A stretch of DNA of 64,000 bases from positions 140,253-204,252 of the forward strand of contig JAKAPK010000002.1 in assembly GCA_021807125.1 (NCBI GenBank). The letters run 5' to 3'. The DNA is from Nanobdellota archaeon. Its GTDB lineage: Archaea; Nanobdellota; Nanobdellia; Parvarchaeales; Parvarchaeaceae. Of the stretch, positions 63,804-64,000 are shown one piece after another. The translations under genes and the position numbers were made by a program. How positions within the stretch are numbered: position 1 is the first letter of the stretch; each line of letters starts with the position of its first letter. Below the pieces are notes generated by a model. The model was not told the DNA's origin and did not search any database. It saw only the letters and a program-made list of their open reading frames with translations.

Positions 63804-64000
63804 ATGAAGACTTACATTATAAAGACGGATGGCAAGGATTTTCTGGCGAGTGATGTAAAAGTGTTAGAGAATCTGGATCAGCTTAAAAGCGTAGCAAATG
63901 AATATGCGGTATTGGTCCTTAAGAGCCTGATTGAAAAGCCTTCCACGCAGGAAGAGATAGCAAAGAAGCTTAAACTCGACAAAAAGAAGGTATACTCCGC
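63804..64000 (+). CDS. Winged-HTH transcription regulator, 5' part (runs off window end)
   Basis: MKTYIIK...VLVLKSLIEKPSTQEEIAKKLKLDKKKVYS is an HTH pattern. Confidence 0.65.
   Translation, partial: MKTYIIKTDGKDFLASDVKVLENLDQLKSVANEYAVLVLKSLIEKPSTQEEIAKKLKLDKKKVYS

Noticed and set aside
1-64000. CRISPR array, cas genes, transposase, integrase, att direct repeats at tRNA 3' ends
   Set aside because: No regularly spaced repeats, recombinase motifs or duplicated tRNA ends were seen by eye; short degenerate att sites cannot be excluded without a computed repeat search.

Overview
Chromosomal window of a small-genome archaeon, most likely DPANN (Nanobdellota/Parvarchaeota-like; this is inference from gene content, fragmented operons, an unlinked 23S gene and acidophile-type surface repeats). 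Core genes: PolD large subunit, PolB, FEN1, topoisomerase VI A/B, TBP, Elp3, Dph5, AlaRS, MAP, FtsY, prefoldin alpha, ribosomal proteins S9/L13/S19e/L31e/L39e, Rpp21, GlmS. RNA genes read by hand: RNase P RNA (1811-2091, minus), tRNA-Arg(CCT), intron-containing tRNA-Ala(CGC), tRNA-His(GTG) and a stand-alone 23S rRNA (about 45489-48388, minus). Two orphan-rich, partly decaying blocks flank the tRNA-Arg and tRNA-Ala genes. No integrase, transposase, CRISPR array or intein was seen. Best leads: (1) a 23S rRNA whose peptidyl-transferase centre is heavily rewritten, with compensatory base changes; (2) an internally deleted IleRS paralogue lacking HIGH and KMSKS, tightly coupled between alaS and tbp; (3) a prepilin-peptidase-linked cluster of five paralogous pilin-like surface proteins, plus two large pilin-tipped adhesins elsewhere; (4) an RNase P RNA with an apparently reduced P15-P17 region; (5) a CBS plus HPF-like candidate hibernation factor; (6) unannotated basic-head/acidic-tail microproteins. 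All family calls come from motif recognition by eye; no searches were run.
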